From IMG/VR virus record IMGVR_UViG_3300046010_015054, positions 32,001 to 96,000 of that record: a stretch of 64,000 nt of DNA, one strand, 5' to 3'. Below, one piece after another: positions 61,331 through 64,000 of the stretch (the first letter of the stretch is position 1; the number at the start of each line of letters is the position of its first letter). Below the pieces are notes generated by a model. The model was not told the origin of the DNA. It saw only the letters and a list, made by a program, of their open reading frames with translations, and did no database searches. The position numbers and the translations under genes were made by a program. The stretch comes from a virus.

Positions 61331-63148
61331 TTACCCTGGGAAAGTAGCTCCTGTTGGTAAGATGTTAAAGTCTAGGTAAATGAATTCAGCAGTCTTAGTT
61401 GGTTGTAGATAGATCTGACCAATTAATTGATTTCTATCGATTACGTCTGGAGTGTTATTGGAATCATCCATAATTACTCTAAACGCATATAAACCTTGAC
61501 GTTGTTGAACTGATTCTAGGTATGGGTTAACTTGGCTTAAGAATTGATTTCTTGTAGCAATTGTGTTTTGTTCGAACACTAAATTATTAGCTACTTGAGA
61601 AATGTAAGACTTAAGTGAAATTAATAATCTTCTAACATTTACACGATCAAGTGCAGATGCTTTTTTCTGTAGAGTTTTCTGACCATATACTACAACACCT
61701 ACGTTAGGGAATGTTGCAATTGGGTTTACATTACCGATGTAAAGATCATTACGTTGTGTTTGAGTTAGCTTTTGTTCAGCTCTTACAACTGTATCTAAAC
61801 CACCTCTGTTAATACCAGCGGGTGCAAACCAAGGATCTGATACACTATCGTTAAATGCATATACACCTGGGATTAATGTAGAAGCTGGGATCCAAACTAA
61901 CTGGCCAGTGCCTGGGTCTACTGTTTGTAACCAAGGCCAATAAGTAGCAGCATATGAGCTATTGTAAGTTGTTGCTGCTGTGATAGTTTGATTGGTTGAA
62001 GAACCATAAGCTACCAAATCAATTACTGCTACTGCATCTCCACGAGTTTGAACAGTGTTAATTAAAGCAGAAATTTGTGAAGTTGCATTATCTTTAGTTA
62101 AACCAGGAACTGTAATAACATTATAAACATATTCATCCTGATTCCCCATTAAGCCAATTGCAGTATCGTAGTCGTTATTATCTAAACCTTGAATATTGCC
62201 TGATGAGCTAATATTGTTATAGAATCTAGCAGCTCCTAAATTATCATAAAATAAATCACCATTTGCTCCACCAAATGCACCATTAGATGCTATTGGTAGA
62301 GAAGCACTCCAGCTTAAAGTTGTTGCGGGGTTAGTACCTACAGCGCCTGCATTATTAAAATAGAAAGGAGTTGGTGAATTTACTGCTGATATGTAAACAT
62401 ATCTTGAGTTGTTTGGATAATTACCTACAACTTCAATAAATGTGTCTGAACCAACTGTAGTAACTTTTTTATAAGTATCACCTATTACTTTCGAAATGTA
62501 ATTAGGTTGAGTTGGGTCTAATGAAAGGTTTGTCCAAGTTTCTAAAACACTAGGTTCAGTTGCTGTATCATTACCTTGTCTAATTAATAAACTAAATATA
62601 CCATTAGCAGGATCAACACTTGTAATTTGCCACCTAACATTATTTGCAGAGCCTGAAACTAAAGTACCATCACTGCCAGTTTGACCAAAGAAATTATTTG
62701 AACCTGATACATAATTATCCATTATATTACCTTCAGCAATAGTACTAAGAGTAAATGATGCTGTAAAGAAAGCAGCCTGACCGAAGTTAGGATCACTTGG
62801 AGCTATAATTGCACTATTTGAAATAAAGGTACCGGCAGAAGCAGTTGCTGAGGTCCATGCAGATGCAGAAGGTACTACTCTAGTTACTAATAAAGTATTT
62901 CCTCCGTTTTGGAAATAATTAAATGCAGCAATAGAAGTTAAGTAGCTATATTCTTGGCTACCACTCATAACAGTATTTCCGAACTTTGTAGTAAAGTCAG
63001 AAAATGAGGTAACTAAAGTAGGGATTTCTACGGGTCCTAAAACTGTAGGGCCAATAATTGCTGCGCCTACCTCTACAGGTTGTTGTGTTAGGAAAGACTG
63101 GTCGTTCTCTCTCGCTAAAACCCCAGGTGATAATAAAGTTTCTGCCAT
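61331..63148 (-). CDS. tail sheath protein (T4 gp18-like)
   Basis: SPGV, YFQNGG, YWPW, PWFAPAGINRG, NPI, GQKTL, RVNVRRL, PTKTAEFI. Confidence 0.95.
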   Translation of the reverse strand: MAETLLSPGVLARENDQSFLTQQPVEVGAAIIGPTVLGPVEIPTLVTSFSDFTTKFGNTVMSGSQEYSYLTSIAAFNYFQNGGNTLLVTRVVPSASAWTSATASAGTFISNSAIIAPSDPNFGQAAFFTASFTLSTIAEGNIMDNYVSGSNNFFGQTGSDGTLVSGSANNVRWQITSVDPANGIFSLLIRQGNDTATEPSVLETWTNLSLDPTQPNYISKVIGDTYKKVTTVGSDTFIEVVGNYPNNSRYVYISAVNSPTPFYFNNAGAVGTNPATTLSWSASLPIASNGAFGGANGDLFYDNLGAARFYNNISSSGNIQGLDNNDYDTAIGLMGNQDEYVYNVITVPGLTKDNATSQISALINTVQTRGDAVAVIDLVAYGSSTNQTITAATTYNSSYAATYWPWLQTVDPGTGQLVWIPASTLIPGVYAFNDSVSDPWFAPAGINRGGLDTVVRAEQKLTQTQRNDLYIGNVNPIATFPNVGVVVYGQKTLQKKASALDRVNVRRLLISLKSYISQVANNLVFEQNTIATRNQFLSQVNPYLESVQQRQGLYAFRVIMDDSNNTPDVIDRNQLIGQIYLQPTKTAEFIYLDFNILPTGATFPG

Positions 63149-63175
63149 TTTAAATGTTATATTATGGTTTTTATT

Positions 63176-63183
63176 ATAAATAT
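63176..63183 (-). promoter_or_regulatory. putative late promoter ATATTTAT
   Basis: About 28 nt upstream of the sheath start. Confidence 0.55.
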
Positions 63184-63243
63184 TGTACTTTTCTTCAAAA
63201 ATACCTTACAAAACCAATTAATATAACACTTTAGCAAAAGTTT

Positions 63244-63492
63244 TTAGGATGTAAAGCTGCCTTCTTCTAAATTAAATTTCCCATCAGTACCATATTTTTC
63301 AACAAGTACTTTTTCAAATTCTTTTAATTTATCTTCGTAAATAGATATATTTTGTTTTATATTTTCTTTACTTTTTTGTAATAAAACAATCTGATATTCT
63401 ATTGTTCCTAGAGAATTTATTAGTTCAACATATTCGTTTTCTAATTGTCTTAAATTTTCTAGTTCTTCTTTATTTAAAAACTTTTTTTCCAT
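63244..63492 (-). CDS. small coiled-coil protein
   Basis: Heptad pattern, EKYG...NLEEG C-terminus; late motif at 63498-63505. Confidence 0.6.
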   Translation of the reverse strand: MEKKFLNKEELENLRQLENEYVELINSLGTIEYQIVLLQKSKENIKQNISIYEDKLKEFEKVLVEKYGTDGKFNLEEGSFTS

Positions 63493-63504
63493 TTCGTATA
63501 AATA

Positions 63505-64000
63505 TTATTTTTTTAGTAAAGGTTTAATTTTAGACATAACTAATTGTGGGGTAATTGATTTTTGACAAATATGTTGTTTATCAGTTCCTTTCCAAATAGG
63601 ACACCAATCCCAATCACCTGCATCAAACACAAAATTTGGATTAGTCCAACACGGAAAACAATTATCTGTTGTTATACGTGTAACACGAGAAGTAAATTCG
63701 TGGTTTTTTTCTGCAAAACCATTAATCATAGCTGTATGTTTCCCGATTGTCCAGTTCAACCAAGATAGACCTGAACCTAATCCAATAAATAAATCCGCAT
63801 GATAAAGATAATTAACTACTTTATCTATAGAATGCCCATAGTGATTAATGGTACCTGGAATTGTAAATTCTTTTTGTGTAAGAGAAATTATAGTATAACC
63901 TTGTTGGTTAAGTAATTTAACTAAAGCACACCAATATTCATACTTCCATTCTTTACAACCTGCTGTAGCATTAGGACCTATTACAATATATTTTTGTTTA
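63505..64000 (-). CDS. TibC/Aah-like (GT9-related) heptosyltransferase, C-terminal part (runs off window end)
   Basis: Frame open to the window end: YIVIGPNATAGCKEW...HADLFIGLGSGLSWL...GF-x5-EF...CFPCW...FD-x2-DWDWCP...CQKSIT (iron-finger-like four Cys). Confidence 0.75.
   Translation of the reverse strand, partial: KQKYIVIGPNATAGCKEWKYEYWCALVKLLNQQGYTIISLTQKEFTIPGTINHYGHSIDKVVNYLYHADLFIGLGSGLSWLNWTIGKHTAMINGFAEKNHEFTSRVTRITTDNCFPCWTNPNFVFDAGDWDWCPIWKGTDKQHICQKSITPQLVMSKIKPLLKK

Noticed and set aside
57596-63505. T4-type late promoters TATAAATA on the plus strand driving antisense transcription
   Set aside because: No plus-strand genes follow them; their consistent position just upstream of minus-strand starts favours the reverse-complement reading

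Overview
64 kb of a large, AT-rich, contractile-tailed (T4-like/jumbo) bacteriophage genome. Every credible gene is on the minus strand, tightly packed, in the standard genetic code. The host is most likely Bacteroidota: there are five TTG-N20-TAnnTTYR promoters, signal peptides are followed by Gln, and there is a Bacteroidota-style beta-barrel. In transcription order (right to left) the window holds: a TibC/Aah-like heptosyltransferase fragment; a tail module (sheath, tube, frameshifted chaperone, tape measure, baseplate, hub-lysozyme); a replication/recombination module (divergent PolA-like protein, SSB, UvsX/RecA, 5'-3' nuclease, helicase, NrdB/NrdA flanking a secreted nuclease); a lysis/envelope module with an outer-membrane beta-barrel coiled-coil protein; a 7-deazaguanine module (DpdA-like, QueC, QueD, QueE, FolE) with ThyA, HPRT and a MazG-like enzyme; a split family B DNA polymerase, clamp, GroES/GroEL and clamp loader; and a ~20 kb glycan biosynthesis island. 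The best candidate for an undescribed system is in that island: a non-carboxylating RuBisCO-like protein co-transcribed with a HAD phosphatase-nucleotidyltransferase fusion, a cupin and a small phosphodiesterase-like protein, suggesting a pathway to a rare activated ketose or branched sugar. Other strong leads are a possible beta-barrel-anchored spanin-like system, a switchable hairpin/pseudoknot in front of queC, a Cys-free QueC, a PolA-like enzyme with an altered steric gate, and a +1/-2 tail-chaperone frameshift. All family assignments come from motif recognition by eye; no database searches or computations were run.
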